The notes under the pieces were generated by a model. That model did no database searches and was not told where the DNA came from. It worked only from the letters and a program-made list of their open reading frames with translations. A stretch of DNA of 64,000 bases from the IMG/VR virus record IMGVR_UViG_3300016464_000385. One strand, given 5' to 3'. This document shows positions 39,101-50,300 of the stretch, piece after piece. The DNA comes from an uncultured virus (IMG/VR IMGVR_UViG_3300016464_000385) (taxonomy: Duplodnaviria; Heunggongvirae; Uroviricota; Caudoviricetes). Every line of letters starts with the position of its first letter. Within the stretch, counting starts at the first letter, position 1. Both the position numbers and the translations under genes were made by a program.

Positions 39101-42100
39101 TTCTTGGATTGTTTCTATGGTTTGTTTATCGCTACTTGTTAATTGCGTTGTTCCAGATATTGTTTGATAATCTCCAGTATACATCAAATTAGTTTGACCT
39201 GGAGTAGATTTCCAAATATTTAAATCTCCTTGTAAGGTAACGCTTGCTGCGATTTTATCATCAACCCAATTATCATAATTTGGACTTAAAGAAAGTTTAC
39301 CTTCTCTTTCTACGGAAATTGCAAAAGGATTTACGCTAATTTCGCTATTTAATGTTGCGTAAGGTTGAGAAGTTAATATTTCTGTTGTATATGGTAATGT
39401 GTAATAATTTATAAAATTATCTCTGTGTATTTTATAACTTAATGCGCTTATTTCGGAGTCGGATAAAGCTCCGTTATTATAAACTAAAGCTATATTTTTC
39501 AGAGAAACGTTTTTAATATCTTTAGAACAGCTTAAATACTTTAGCCTTCTGTTTATTGCGGCATTATAATCCGGATTATTTCCGTCTACAGTAGAATAGC
39601 TGGAAAAATCGTCAGTCATAATTCCGTTTTTGAATCTATTCAATCCGTAACCATCGGTTATTTGCATTCTTGTTGCGGATTGTTCGAGCGCACTAAGAGC
39701 TGTGTAATATTCAACCTGATTTATTCTATTCTCCAATCCAGCAATATCAGTCATTCTGTATCTTTTATGTTTGAGTTTTTCAATACTCAAATCTGGAGCA
39801 TAAGAAGTCAATAATTCTCCAGGTATATAACTGGTATAAGGATTATGATATAAATTGGCTATTAATAAAGAACCTTCTGGTTCAGTTGGTAAAGAAGCTT
39901 TTGTAGCTGGAACTCCTTCTAATATTTGGAAAGATTTATCTTTCTTTAATATCAACCTGTCCTTTCTTTCTAAATAAAACGAGTAATCTGTTAAGAAAGA
40001 GTCTGTTGGTATATAAGCTCCTTTTAGATTAGGGTTTGCTGAATATACATTAAACGAAAAAGTTGATAGAGCATTCTTTCTGACTCTTCTGAAATCTATA
40101 CAATCTCTTAAATTATATGAAACGCCAGATGAACTTAAGAATAATGGAATTTCTCTATAATCTTCTGGTTTTGAAGAACCGTCTATGTAAGAATATTTAC
40201 TGAAATATCCATCTCCGCCGCCGTGTTGATAATAGTCTACAAGTACAAGAATATTTCCTGCTGGTTTTGGGCGTCCTGGAATTAATTTTATTGATGCATG
40301 ATCGTAGTATGTGTCTCTTTGTCCATTATCAAACGAATAATTATTTGTTATATCATATGACGAATCCTGCAACATTGCTACAGTAGGAGCAGTAGAAGGG
40401 TTTTTGGTATCAATTATTCTTTTTATATATTTTACATCAGAAAGATATAAAGATTGATTGTTTCCTGCATTTACTAACCCTGCTTTCTTTATGTATATCT
40501 GTCCTGTGGAAACCAACGATCTGTCATCAACATAAGTATTACCTAATCCATCAATATTCGTCATTACTCCAGTTGAAGTTATAGCTTTATTATTAGCTGT
40601 AATTAATTGTTTAGTTTTTACTATACGAGAATCATTAGCGTTGGTAATGAATACTTTAGCTATTACTATAGCGTCGAAGTTATTAGATAAATTTGTAACT
40701 AATGTTAATGTCGTTTGATCGACGCTCAAAGAAGCGCTAACTCCACGAGCATCCCAGGAAATTATATCTCCGTTTTCTATTGTAGTATTAGTTCCTTTAT
40801 TTGTAACTACTATGATGTAATTATTTTTTATAATTTCAGAAGAACTTCCTTCATGTAGGACTGCTCCTCCGAGAGTAGATAAATCTAAATCCGCTCCAGT
40901 AGTTGCATTGAATGTTACATTACGGAAAATTTGAGTAGAGTAATAAGAACTATCTGATAAAGAATTTACGAAAGGGTTTCCTACTTGATAAACTAATTCA
41001 GGTAAATCATTATTTTCTATGAAAGTGAATCCACTAGGAACGCCATCTACCTTACTAGCCAAATAGATATTTGCTTTAGAATTGAATTTTGCTGGGTATG
41101 ATGTTTTATTAGCATAAACTAGACTTTCCGCGTCTTTAACATCGAAATTAAAAATAAATTCTGATGTATTATCTGGATTATATGACCATACTGTATTGAT
41201 ATATGCAGTTTTTGTAGATCCGTTATAGCTTGAAATGGTTGCAAATTCTCCAGCATTAGTCCCTTTTGTTATAAGCATAACAACGCCAACGTATGCATTA
41301 TTAACAGAAGATAATTTTCCAGAATTGAAAAACGTGACGCTATTTGCTGTAGATGAAACTACGTTACCAGTTAAACTTTTTGTATATACATTATCAATAT
41401 AAGATTTATAAACCCAATTATTTGTGTTGCTGCTCCCTAATGTAGAATTAAATTCTATGTTTCTCATAAACGCAGTAGCTACTACTGTTGAATTATAAGA
41501 ACTTGCTGAAGAAAGGCTTACGTTGGCATAATCGACGCAATGTATATCTATTTCTTGTGTAGATGTTACATCAAAAAATGTGGTATTGCCTTTCACATTA
41601 TTTACATATAAAAAACTTCCCGGATCATTTGTTCTGGCAACTGGGTGATTATTTGAAGTTCCTGTAGTTCTAGATCTATTGGATACTAATTCAACTGGAT
41701 ACGGATTTTCTGTTCTATATCCGTTAATATAAGCCAACCCTTTTCCTATATTAAGTATATAAGTGTCTGAATTTGCAGTATTTACCTTAGTTACTAATTT
41801 AAAATCTTCTACTACATAATCTCCGTTACTTTCATATTCCCTTTTTGCAATATAATCATTTATCAAAGAATATTGAGTTTCTTGTACAGTTGGGTATATG
41901 GAACCATTTATAACTCTCACTAATTCTATGAAGTTTTGATCAGTTCCAATAGAAAGGGGTCTGGATGATAATGTTAATTTTATAACATATCTATCTGCTC
42001 CTGGAGCCTGGAAATTGGAAGCTCCTAAAGCTGGGTCTAATAGAGAATTATCATCAACATAATCGTAAACAGTTTCAGATATTTCCAATCCTACTCTGGC

Positions 42101-42688
42101 GCTAGGAGTTTTACTATATTTTGATAATACAATAGTAGATTGAGGAACCTCTACGAAATTACCTTCAACATAAAAAACCCCTTTAGCGATAGAAACTACA
42201 GAAGAAAATCCAGTTGAATTTGATGCTACTGCCAACGCAGCAGCGTTATTATAGGAATATAATGAAAATATTGCATCTCCATCTTTGAACATTTTCCCAG
42301 ACTTATATGAAACTATTATTGTTGGAGGATCTGATTCCCCTGAAGATCCTGTTGCTTCTATTACGGATAATACTTGAGCTATAACTCCACCCGTAGAATC
42401 AGTTACCATTATTCCATCAAAATCATTAACATCTACTAAAACGCCTTCATATTCCGTTTGTAATTTTATATAATGACAAGTGAAATTTGTTGTGATCTGA
42501 CCTCCAGTTACGGGAGAATTTCTCTTGAATATATTATCAGCAAATTTAGTGATTTGATCTTGTAATATACTTTGAGCTTGAGTTAATTCTCTGGCTTGAA
42601 CAGATACACCAGGTTTAAATAAGATTCTATGGAAGTTTTTTGTAGAATCAAAATCGTCGTAATAGGGTTCAGAGTTGAAATTAATCAT
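36155..42688 (-). CDS. Very large virion structural protein, VrlC/DUF4815-like
   Basis: 'FNSEPYYDDFD..KNFHRILFKPG.SVQARELTQ.QSILQ', 'APGADR', 'RFKNG..TDDF', 'DPLAQTF', ends 'DLRCIAL'. Confidence 0.85.
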   Translation of the reverse strand: MINFNSEPYYDDFDSTKNFHRILFKPGVSVQARELTQAQSILQDQITKFADNIFKRNSPVTGGQITTNFTCHYIKLQTEYEGVLVDVNDFDGIMVTDSTGGVIAQVLSVIEATGSSGESDPPTIIVSYKSGKMFKDGDAIFSLYSYNNAAALAVASNSTGFSSVVSIAKGVFYVEGNFVEVPQSTIVLSKYSKTPSARVGLEISETVYDYVDDNSLLDPALGASNFQAPGADRYVIKLTLSSRPLSIGTDQNFIELVRVINGSIYPTVQETQYSLINDYIAKREYESNGDYVVEDFKLVTKVNTANSDTYILNIGKGLAYINGYRTENPYPVELVSNRSRTTGTSNNHPVARTNDPGSFLYVNNVKGNTTFFDVTSTQEIDIHCVDYANVSLSSASSYNSTVVATAFMRNIEFNSTLGSSNTNNWVYKSYIDNVYTKSLTGNVVSSTANSVTFFNSGKLSSVNNAYVGVVMLITKGTNAGEFATISSYNGSTKTAYINTVWSYNPDNTSEFIFNFDVKDAESLVYANKTSYPAKFNSKANIYLASKVDGVPSGFTFIENNDLPELVYQVGNPFVNSLSDSSYYSTQIFRNVTFNATTGADLDLSTLGGAVLHEGSSSEIIKNNYIIVVTNKGTNTTIENGDIISWDARGVSASLSVDQTTLTLVTNLSNNFDAIVIAKVFITNANDSRIVKTKQLITANNKAITSTGVMTNIDGLGNTYVDDRSLVSTGQIYIKKAGLVNAGNNQSLYLSDVKYIKRIIDTKNPSTAPTVAMLQDSSYDITNNYSFDNGQRDTYYDHASIKLIPGRPKPAGNILVLVDYYQHGGGDGYFSKYSYIDGSSKPEDYREIPLFLSSSGVSYNLRDCIDFRRVRKNALSTFSFNVYSANPNLKGAYIPTDSFLTDYSFYLERKDRLILKKDKSFQILEGVPATKASLPTEPEGSLLIANLYHNPYTSYIPGELLTSYAPDLSIEKLKHKRYRMTDIAGLENRINQVEYYTALSALEQSATRMQITDGYGLNRFKNGIMTDDFSSYSTVDGNNPDYNAAINRRLKYLSCSKDIKNVSLKNIALVYNNGALSDSEISALSYKIHRDNFINYYTLPYTTEILTSQPYATLNSEISVNPFAISVEREGKLSLSPNYDNWVDDKIAASVTLQGDLNIWKSTPGQTNLMYTGDYQTISGTTQLTSSDKQTIETIQERLNHGQFNNQQISRQDLQWLLDQGYTEQQARNLVGYSKHTVQTTTTDTYTTTITQQQNNILGEYSKLNNTYDVSMDFVHDISIAPWVRSQEILVGCTGLKNTDGLGNYFDKTKVDNYMRKPNVIKLTAGANNFVEGDVIGYYTNSTTFKPTAKVIGTSTPGDGTGLLYVISDGNNPNIISSNGNYGIERTGSNITIYVGKFDSTNSPVNKSIALNGVYTYGTCIHWGGSIFGDSAITPNNVVKLSLQANSSISQNMINSDIVGNTFYIVAGTGAGSNATITGFNTLNRNLTLDKELKYSTNDVYSIGNFSTDAFGKYYAVFNVPAGTFHTGQRVFRVDNRGIGQEIDSSTWAEGTFYSEGLFTQKTRLDAVSGSPSSMKNTFIATNERQQTKISTETSTSNFEYYNPYDPLAQTFMIDSKNYPRGTFLYSIKVFFSSIPGDKDNSSITLSVVSTNGGIPSGETLDHSIVTKEKKDVKVLSPNEKEFFYTSSSAYTEFKFSVPVYIYPDKLYAFILKSESKEYLLHVAQNSKTMIPSTYRNSATDTIPTNTPIIGTAPYIGSIFRSQNAVTWVTDPNESLMFVIDRCKFNITQNPSVRFIVPKGAPTRTLIEDSVNYTISTANVVNTNLAASNSNVLYDAFNVTTTDFIPPAASLYYEYGTLTKNNVYDTPKFITPGKYGTALPTDVILDDRRGERLLLSSNSSISFSLDATLISVDNNISPMISDAGITLYTIENIINNCELSNNIIIINEDSQGTGYNNNTVQVTISSPTARFGQTAQAKANVTGGKIDYIYLTDPGYGYIETPTITVTDSTTRSGNSNVSVIVNGETSASGGSGIAKYFTKKVVLDTNFDSEDLAVFLTAYRPQGTDIHVYYKIKNRFDGDRFENQNWQLMTKTRNSDSLYSKTRNESFEFSFAPGINGVDQGYVSYTNTLGETFNPTSFSEFAIKILMTTSDKTFVPKIYDLRCIALPAKENDKLGKL

Positions 42689-42712
42689 TTTATTTCCTTA
42701 AAATATTTTTAT

Positions 42713-42720
42713 TATTTATA
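42713..42720 (-). promoter_or_regulatory. Late promoter TATAAATA for the VrlC-like/fibre operon
   Basis: Exact match 25 nt upstream of the ATG at 42688. Confidence 0.75.
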
Positions 42721-42721
42721 A

Positions 42722-44581
42722 TTAAAATTTCAATAATAATTTAAATAATTCTATAGAATCTTCAGATCTTTTGACTTCTTCTATATTATCTATGTACATT
42801 ATTCGCCCAGAATATTTTATAATATTCGAAACAGTTACTGTTAAAATTTTTCTAGATACTCCTGTATTTTTCCCGGATAAAGAAGCTCCTATTTTATAAG
42901 AACCTTTTGAATTTGATAATATAAGTTTATTATATGCAGGACTATAATCTACGCAAGTTGCGGAAAAATATGCATTTGAATAATTTGTAGTTGATTGATA
43001 TACTATTTCTCCCCTTTCATATGTATCGCTCCCAGGGGATACATACACAGTTGTAGCTGCTAATATATTATCGCTTCTTTCGTGATTTGGATAAGATTGA
43101 GTAGAAACAATTCCTGAGATTAATCCATATTGTCGTATTTCTAAATCTACAGGAAGTTTTGTATCAGTTTCATCAAAACTTCCTACTACGAATATTCTAT
43201 CGCATCCCAATTCAGATAATACGTCGCTTGCATTTCCTCCAATAGAAGATATTAAAGGAATATGTTTAAATCCTGAACCAAAAGTCGAATTTATAGAAAC
43301 ATTTGCGTAAGTATAATTTTTCCCTGGATTTGTCACCACTATTCTTGATATAGTATTTGTTGTATTATTTACTTGTACTGTTGCTGCAGCTCCTGTTCCA
43401 TCTCCAGTAATAATAGCAGAAGAAATCCTAGGTTCTCTTACTGAGTTATATCCAGAACCTCCATCCAACAAAGCAATAACTTCTATACCTCCACATCCTT
43501 CTGTTGCCGTATAAAGATCCGGTTGATCTGATAATAAAACAGGCATCCATTTTTCGTCTAAGAATTTTTGGATTTTGGCCATAGGTAAAGTATACATATA
43601 CTTCCAACTATATCCATCAACTTCGGTATAAAATATATCGGAATCTACATTATAATGCCCAGGTATAAAATAAGGTTCTTCTAAAGAAGGGAAGCCTTTA
43701 TTATTCCATAAACATTTAAATACTTGATTATAACTATTTAAAACATAATATTTATATCTTAAATTCCCATCGGAATCTTTTTCTCTAATATTAATATCTT
43801 CTGAATAATAATCATAAACTGTACCCGATTTCCAATCTATTCTTTGTATTACAGGAGACATATCATCTTCTAATATTTTCTTAAAATATATTATATCATT
43901 ATAAACTTGTCTAATATATTTTGTTGTATCTTTCGGCTTTGGTGGATTATTGTTATCGTTAAAAATCTTTATTGTTGATGAGGTCGTTAACGGAGGATAA
44001 TCATTGAATGGTACATCTACTGTTAATGTTCTCGTTTCAGGATCATACCCTATAATGTTTCTGGTATATGTTAATCCACCTATTTCATTAGTGACATCAA
44101 CAAATAAAGAATAATCGTTGTAAAAATTTGTAACATTAGATAAAGCTAGACTTGAATTTTTTTCGTTTATAGTTATTAAAGAATTTTGATTTAATCCGAT
44201 AAATTTAGCATTACCGAAATAATTATTTGCTGAATTTTTGTTTATGTATAAAGATAAATTATTTTCATTTAAAGCAGTTACATAAGTATTTGCTGGAAGG
44301 TAATCAGATACTACTTTCATTCCAACAAAGAAATCGGATAAAGAATTATCATTCGCGATGAAAATTATGTTGGAATTTTCCGTAGCAGCAATTTTTTTGG
44401 TTACTATTGTATCAGATACATTACTGGTCAGAAGAGTTTCGTCCCATGGAGTTTTGTAAGATATAAAAGCGTATAAAGATGTTAAATATTCCCCAGCGAC
44501 CGTAATATCGGGGGAATAATAATAATTAGTTAACTCGAAAACTTTACTGTCCGAAGTTAATATGCTGTTGTTTTTTATCAT
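42722..44581 (-). CDS. gp8: Baseplate wedge subunit (gp8-like, extended)
   Basis: 'VIQRIDWKSGTVYDYY', 'YVLNSYNQVFKCLWN', 'DGYSWKYMYT', ends 'KYSGRIMYIDN...R'. Confidence 0.85.
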   Translation of the reverse strand: MIKNNSILTSDSKVFELTNYYYSPDITVAGEYLTSLYAFISYKTPWDETLLTSNVSDTIVTKKIAATENSNIIFIANDNSLSDFFVGMKVVSDYLPANTYVTALNENNLSLYINKNSANNYFGNAKFIGLNQNSLITINEKNSSLALSNVTNFYNDYSLFVDVTNEIGGLTYTRNIIGYDPETRTLTVDVPFNDYPPLTTSSTIKIFNDNNNPPKPKDTTKYIRQVYNDIIYFKKILEDDMSPVIQRIDWKSGTVYDYYSEDINIREKDSDGNLRYKYYVLNSYNQVFKCLWNNKGFPSLEEPYFIPGHYNVDSDIFYTEVDGYSWKYMYTLPMAKIQKFLDEKWMPVLLSDQPDLYTATEGCGGIEVIALLDGGSGYNSVREPRISSAIITGDGTGAAATVQVNNTTNTISRIVVTNPGKNYTYANVSINSTFGSGFKHIPLISSIGGNASDVLSELGCDRIFVVGSFDETDTKLPVDLEIRQYGLISGIVSTQSYPNHERSDNILAATTVYVSPGSDTYERGEIVYQSTTNYSNAYFSATCVDYSPAYNKLILSNSKGSYKIGASLSGKNTGVSRKILTVTVSNIIKYSGRIMYIDNIEEVKRSEDSIELFKLLLKF

Positions 44582-44599
44582 ATCTTCGTTAACCTTTAA

Positions 44600-45037
44600 T
44601 TATTTTGGTTCTTCTGGCCAAATTACATTTTTAGGAAACTCTTCCTGTTGAGGAACATCTCTTAATTCTTGTCTATATTTTGCCCAAATCGTTTTTAATC
44701 CTTTTGGTACATCAGGTAATTGAGTCCAATCGCTATTTTTTAATAAATTATCTCTATGCGACCTAATTTGCATTTCTAATTTTTCTGACGAAACTTCTTC
44801 TGGTATAATTTCTTCCCAAACATTCGGAGAAATATTTTTCCAATTTTTTAAACCTTCTTTTGGCCAATTTGAATCTATCTTTTTAATTTCATCGTTTTCC
44901 CTAATGAAAGTAAAACCTTCGTGAGACATATAAAACGCCATCTCCCTATGTTCGTCTTCCGTTATCTCTATCATATTTTCACTTTCTTCTGGAGCAAAAT
45001 ATCCAAATTGGTTGTCTGGGGTAAAATGAACAAACAT
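44600..45037 (-). CDS. Tail fibre assembly chaperone
   Basis: C-terminal 'RDNLLKNSDWTQLPDVP...WAKYRQELRDVPQQ..FP..VIWPEEP'; directly follows a fibre gene. Confidence 0.85.
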   Translation of the reverse strand: MFVHFTPDNQFGYFAPEESENMIEITEDEHREMAFYMSHEGFTFIRENDEIKKIDSNWPKEGLKNWKNISPNVWEEIIPEEVSSEKLEMQIRSHRDNLLKNSDWTQLPDVPKGLKTIWAKYRQELRDVPQQEEFPKNVIWPEEPK

Positions 45038-45062
45038 ATATTTTTCCTATAATTTTTTATAA

Positions 45063-47294
45063 TTAATTTCCAATAGCTATATAATAAAAATATGCATCTG
45101 AATCTAGATTAGCTTTATATGCATTAATTCTAAATTTTGTTCTATCTATTATAGTTACTTGTTGATTTTCGAGCGTTGCTCCGGTAGAGCCTGCTTGAGT
45201 TACGCTAACATTGACTAAAGCGTTTGGCATAGCTACAGCAAGATTTACTAATGTCTGTATAAATTGAGTTCCTCCTGCCGCATCATACCACCTAAAACTC
45301 CCCCAAGACATACGGAAACCTCCCCTTAGATCAATATAATTAGATGAACCGCTTCCGCCAATTAATCTATTTAGATCATAAACATACATATTAGTTGAAT
45401 TTGGATTTGAACCTCCCCATAAATGAGTAGGGAATCCGCCTGGATCGTACCATTGAAAAGACTTACCATCAAAATAATTCAATCCAGTAGATCTTACATG
45501 ATGCGCTAATAAACCGCCGGATGCTGAATATAAACCCCAAGCCCAGGCGTCATTAAATATATACGCTGGATTTTGACCAGCTCTACTCGCGCCGATGGAA
45601 CCCTCTGAGTTAGTCGCTTGGGTAAAAAATGATCCACTAGTGGATGTATCTGCATAGGTAGATCTATTAGAAGTTCCAGTTATGTTGATATTCCAAACGC
45701 CGGACGCCCCAGAACCAGTTGGAGTTGGAGGAGTATAACCTAATCCTGTTGTTATTTGAGAAGAAGTAATCGGTCCAGTATAATTTCCAGTAATAGAAGC
45801 AGCTGTTCCACTTATGTTGATGCCCCAAACTCCGGTAGCATTAGACCCATCAGTTTTTGCTGGCGTATAACCTAATCCAGTTGTTATTTGAGAAGAAGTA
45901 AGTGGTCCAGTTAGAGTAGTGGCAGAAGCCGCAGAACCAGTAATACTAATTGGCCAAACTCCGCTGGCGTTTATTCCGTTATCTTTTGCTGGCGTATAAC
46001 CTAATCCAGTTGTTATTTGAGAAGAAGTAAGTGGTCCAGTTAGAGTAGTGGCAGAAGCCGCAGAACCAGTAATACTAATTGGCCAAACTCCGGATGCTCC
46101 AGTACCAGTTGGAGTTGGAGGAGTATAACCTAATCCAGTTGTTATTTGGGGTTTAATTAGAGGTCCAGTATAATTTCCGGTAATAGAAGCCGCAGAACCA
46201 TTAATGTTTATCGACCAAACTCCAGTGGCGTTACTTCCATCAATTTTAGCTGGCACGTAACCTAATCCTGCTAGTATTTGAGCGGATGTAAGAGTTCCAG
46301 TGAGTTTAGCAGCAGAAGCTGCGGAACCAGTAACGCTAATTGGCCAAACTCCTCCTGTGGTATTTGTTCCATCTGCTCTGGCTGGAGTATATCCCAATCC
46401 ATCTGCTACTTGAGAAAACGTAAGAGTTCCAGTGAGTTTAGCAGCAGAAGCTGCGGAACCAGTAACGCTAATTGACCAAACCCCAGATGCTCCAGTGCCA
46501 GTTGGAGTCGGAGGTTCAAACCCCAACAGAGATATTATTTGAGCTCTGCTAACATTGGCTTCTCCTGTACTTGAAGAAGCGCCTGTGATATTAATATCCC
46601 ATGTACTTTTTGGGACTACATTTGTTCCGTCTGCCTTAACCGGAGTATATCCTAGTCCTGTTGTTATTTGAGAAGAAGTAAGGGGTCCAGTTAGAGCAGC
46701 AGCAGAAGCTGCAGAACCAGTAATGTTAATTCCCCAAGTTCCTGAAGCTCCAGTACCAGTTTTTGTTGGGGCATAAGAATTATAATTTTGTGCATGTAAT
46801 ACAGTATTAGAACCATATAATAACGCCGGAGCAGATAATGGTCCGGACATACTTCCTCCGGATAATTTTACGAAAGTAGAATTCGCTCCGGTTAAAGTGT
46901 ATGTATTATTTGCTCTATCGTTTGCTATAGCAGCTTGAGTATAAGCTAAATTTGCTCTAGCATGAGCTAAATTTGCTTGGTTATAACCTGATCTTGCTAT
47001 ACTTATCGTAGTATTATCGCTTATTGTTATTGTGTTTCCGGAATATATAGTTTTACCAGAGATATTATCTATAGTAATTCCGCCGCTAGTGTTAATAGTA
47101 AAAAATGCCTGGTGATTAGGATCTGCGTAAAATTCTGCAAAATATCCAAGCAAAGAATTTAAAGAAACTCTTTTGGTTGACATAGTCTGCGCATTAACCA
47201 CAACAAACCAGGTATTCTTTGGATCGCCAGGTAAAGTTGATTGCGTTGCTTCTTGTAATTGTGATATTTTTATTTGTGGTGCTAAAGTTGCCAT
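45063..47294 (-). CDS. Tail fibre with about 43-aa shaft repeats
   Basis: N-terminal 'IKISQL', about 8-9 repeats 'GVWPISITGSAAS...QITTGLGYTP', tip motif 'GGFRMSWG'. Confidence 0.85.
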   Translation of the reverse strand: MATLAPQIKISQLQEATQSTLPGDPKNTWFVVVNAQTMSTKRVSLNSLLGYFAEFYADPNHQAFFTINTSGGITIDNISGKTIYSGNTITISDNTTISIARSGYNQANLAHARANLAYTQAAIANDRANNTYTLTGANSTFVKLSGGSMSGPLSAPALLYGSNTVLHAQNYNSYAPTKTGTGASGTWGINITGSAASAAALTGPLTSSQITTGLGYTPVKADGTNVVPKSTWDINITGASSSTGEANVSRAQIISLLGFEPPTPTGTGASGVWSISVTGSAASAAKLTGTLTFSQVADGLGYTPARADGTNTTGGVWPISVTGSAASAAKLTGTLTSAQILAGLGYVPAKIDGSNATGVWSININGSAASITGNYTGPLIKPQITTGLGYTPPTPTGTGASGVWPISITGSAASATTLTGPLTSSQITTGLGYTPAKDNGINASGVWPISITGSAASATTLTGPLTSSQITTGLGYTPAKTDGSNATGVWGINISGTAASITGNYTGPITSSQITTGLGYTPPTPTGSGASGVWNINITGTSNRSTYADTSTSGSFFTQATNSEGSIGASRAGQNPAYIFNDAWAWGLYSASGGLLAHHVRSTGLNYFDGKSFQWYDPGGFPTHLWGGSNPNSTNMYVYDLNRLIGGSGSSNYIDLRGGFRMSWGSFRWYDAAGGTQFIQTLVNLAVAMPNALVNVSVTQAGSTGATLENQQVTIIDRTKFRINAYKANLDSDAYFYYIAIGN
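45670..46770 (-). repeat. About 129-bp (43-aa) tandem repeats in the fibre shaft
   Basis: 45855-45963 and 45984-46092 are identical 109-bp copies, period 129. Confidence 0.9.
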
Positions 47295-47306
47295 AGTCTA
47301 AACCTG

Positions 47307-50300
47307 TTAAAAAGAAATTCCTGATTCTACTAGAGCCGAAATAATATTATTGGATTCATCAAAGAAATAGAATAATTTCGCATTACTATCCATAATTCCT
47401 TTATTAGAAAGTGTTATGGTATAATTATTTATACCTATTATTTTCGTATTTGATGGTATATTATAAAGTTGTATGTAATTTTCAAATAATGTTGGAGATC
47501 CGCCTTCATAATGAACTGTATTAGAAATAACATTACCTGTTGCAGTATTTGACATTAATATAGTAGAATTTCCAGGATAATAAGATATTATTGAAGTATT
47601 GCTTGGTATATATCTTCCGGAAATAATTTGTCCAGAACGCACGTTTCCGTAAACTTTTACTGAAGTTAATTTATTACTTAAATAAGTAACATTTGCGGAA
47701 ATAGTAACAGGCTCTGAAGTTACTATTTGACCGTTAGAAATCCCAGATAATATGGAAGAATAATCTCCAATTATTCTGATCGTATTATTACCAATAGAAG
47801 TATTACCTCTAACTGCGGAGACGGAGTAGATATAATTTTCTGGATAATTTGCATTATCTCTTACAGTTAATACTTGCGATAATGTATTTTGAGTACAATT
47901 ATTCGATATAGTAATATAATTACCATCTAAAGAAATTGTTTGTATTATACTGTTGTTTGGTATTCCATACCCTTCTATTATTTGTCCAACAAAAATAGTT
48001 GAAGGGAATTCTCTTAATTTTATTGTATTGTTGGATGTCCATTGACCATATTTTGGTACGGAAGAATCAAACAATAATGTATTATAATTTTCGTCCGCAA
48101 TTACATAATAAATATACTGATCAACGATATTTAATTTATTTGAATAATAAATATCAAAATTAGTTGGATGATCCACATAAGAATTTATTCTAGCTTGGCC
48201 TATTAATCTGCTACCAGCTGGGTGTAATAATTCGTAAATCCATTTTCTATATTTTGATATATCTTTTTCTACAGATAAAATATAACTAAAATCGTTATAA
48301 TTTTTATTTTGTAATATAGAGAAAGAACTTAATTGACCTCTATCAGATATGTATCTACCTTTTCCTATTTTTAATCCATTTAAGAATTTGGCATTAGCTT
48401 TTGCAGAACCATCTCCGAAAGTAACAACTCCTAGATGACTTTTATCTGTGCCTTGATATCCTTCAGGGAAATTATAGGTTTTTTCAATATTTAAGTTATA
48501 TGTATTCGCTGTATTTGGTTGAGCAAGCCTTAACGTCAATACAGAATTTATATCAACTAATTTATTGTAGTTATAACTTCTTATTATATATTTTGATAGA
48601 GATGGATTAATGTTGCTTTCTACTAAAGTTATAGAATCTACATAAGATTTATAATTAGATTTTACATCAACGTTTCCTTGATACAGAAGGTCTCCGCTGC
48701 TAGGAAGTTTTGTTATATTTAAATTAGATACAGCTATATCTTGGATTTTTAAAGAAACTCGTGGTTCAAAATTATAATCTTCTCCATACTCAGAAACTTT
48801 TATGGTAGTTATTGATCCAATTCTATCTGTGGTAGAACTTAATTGAGCAGCTTCCCCTAATATACATTCAACGTATAACGAAGCTCCAGTCCCAACTAAA
48901 TTATATGTATTTGATATATAAGTTGCTGTTGCGTTATTAGAAATTAATACACTATTATTTCCTGTATATATTGTAGTTATTAGGGTATTACTTGGTATAC
49001 CATTGCCTGAAATCGTTTGTCCTATTTTAACATTATCTAAAGGAGAAGCTGAAGTTATAACGACTAACTTACTATTATTAGCAACGGTGGCAGTCTTTAT
49101 TTTTGGTTGTATACTAATTTTTGGTAAATTGCTGGAATAATATCCAAATCCGCCTGGAGGGGCGAAAACGTTTGCCTTTTGATAATAGGAAACTGATATT
49201 ATTTCTCCATTAGAACCAACAGAAGATACATTAGCAAATGCACCAGAACCAACGGAACCAGAAAAAATTAATTCATCTCCAACCTCATAAGATTTCCCTG
49301 AAATTAAACTGCCAGTTAATGGATTTTTTTGTATTTTAATTGGCCCTAATATGCCTAATAATGGTAATTCTGCGCACTCATAATCAGAATCAAATGTATA
49401 TCTATCGTCGTAATAAGGAGCTCCTGTGTCTAGATATTTGTTTGTTTCATATGTTGAAATGGCTTTGATGATCGGAACGGAAGAGAAACTGGAGCTTTTT
49501 GTTATAATAAGAGATTTTAATGGATGCGTATTAAAAGAGGAAAATGAAAACGCATCACTCATTCTTGTATTAGAATTCGCTTTAGGTAATGTAGAAAATC
49601 CATAATCGCAGTCAGAATTCGTAGAATATCCCGTATTTGCATCACAATACAATATTTTATTTCTGTGGAATTCTAAACTATCTTTTATTATATAATTTAG
49701 AGGTATTGTATTAGAAGTATCTATTTCAGAAACATCAATAGTGGTATATTTCTGAGGGTCTGGATTTAATGTGACTTTAGTATAAGGTAATCTATATCCA
49801 TGATTCCCAGGTAAACTTGGATTAGTAGTTACTGTTAATAAATATCCTGGCGTCACTTCTCCTACTGTAGCAACAGCACCAATCCCTCCTTCATCAAGCC
49901 CTTGATAAAATACTACAGGATTTCCTGTTTGATAAAAATTTCCTCTATTTTTTGGATTAATGTCTACTGATGATATAGGAGATAATAATCTTGCCCTTAA
50001 TAAATCTCCTTGTCCCTCAGATACAACATTTCCATCTTCATCAAAATATAAATCTTTGAAGTTGTAATCTACAACTCTTACATATTCACTAACCGCAAAA
50101 GTTCTTTTTATATCTGAAAGAAATACTTCAAGTTTATCCCCAACTAAATTTACTCTTTCTATTTTAGCTACTGAACTTGATGTTTCTCCTGCTATAAAGT
50201 AATCTTCAATATTTAAAAACCTGGGGTCTGATGATCTAAGTTTTACTGATTTCGGAGAAAACCAAACTCCGGAAGAAGGTATTAATACGAAGTCTTTTGT

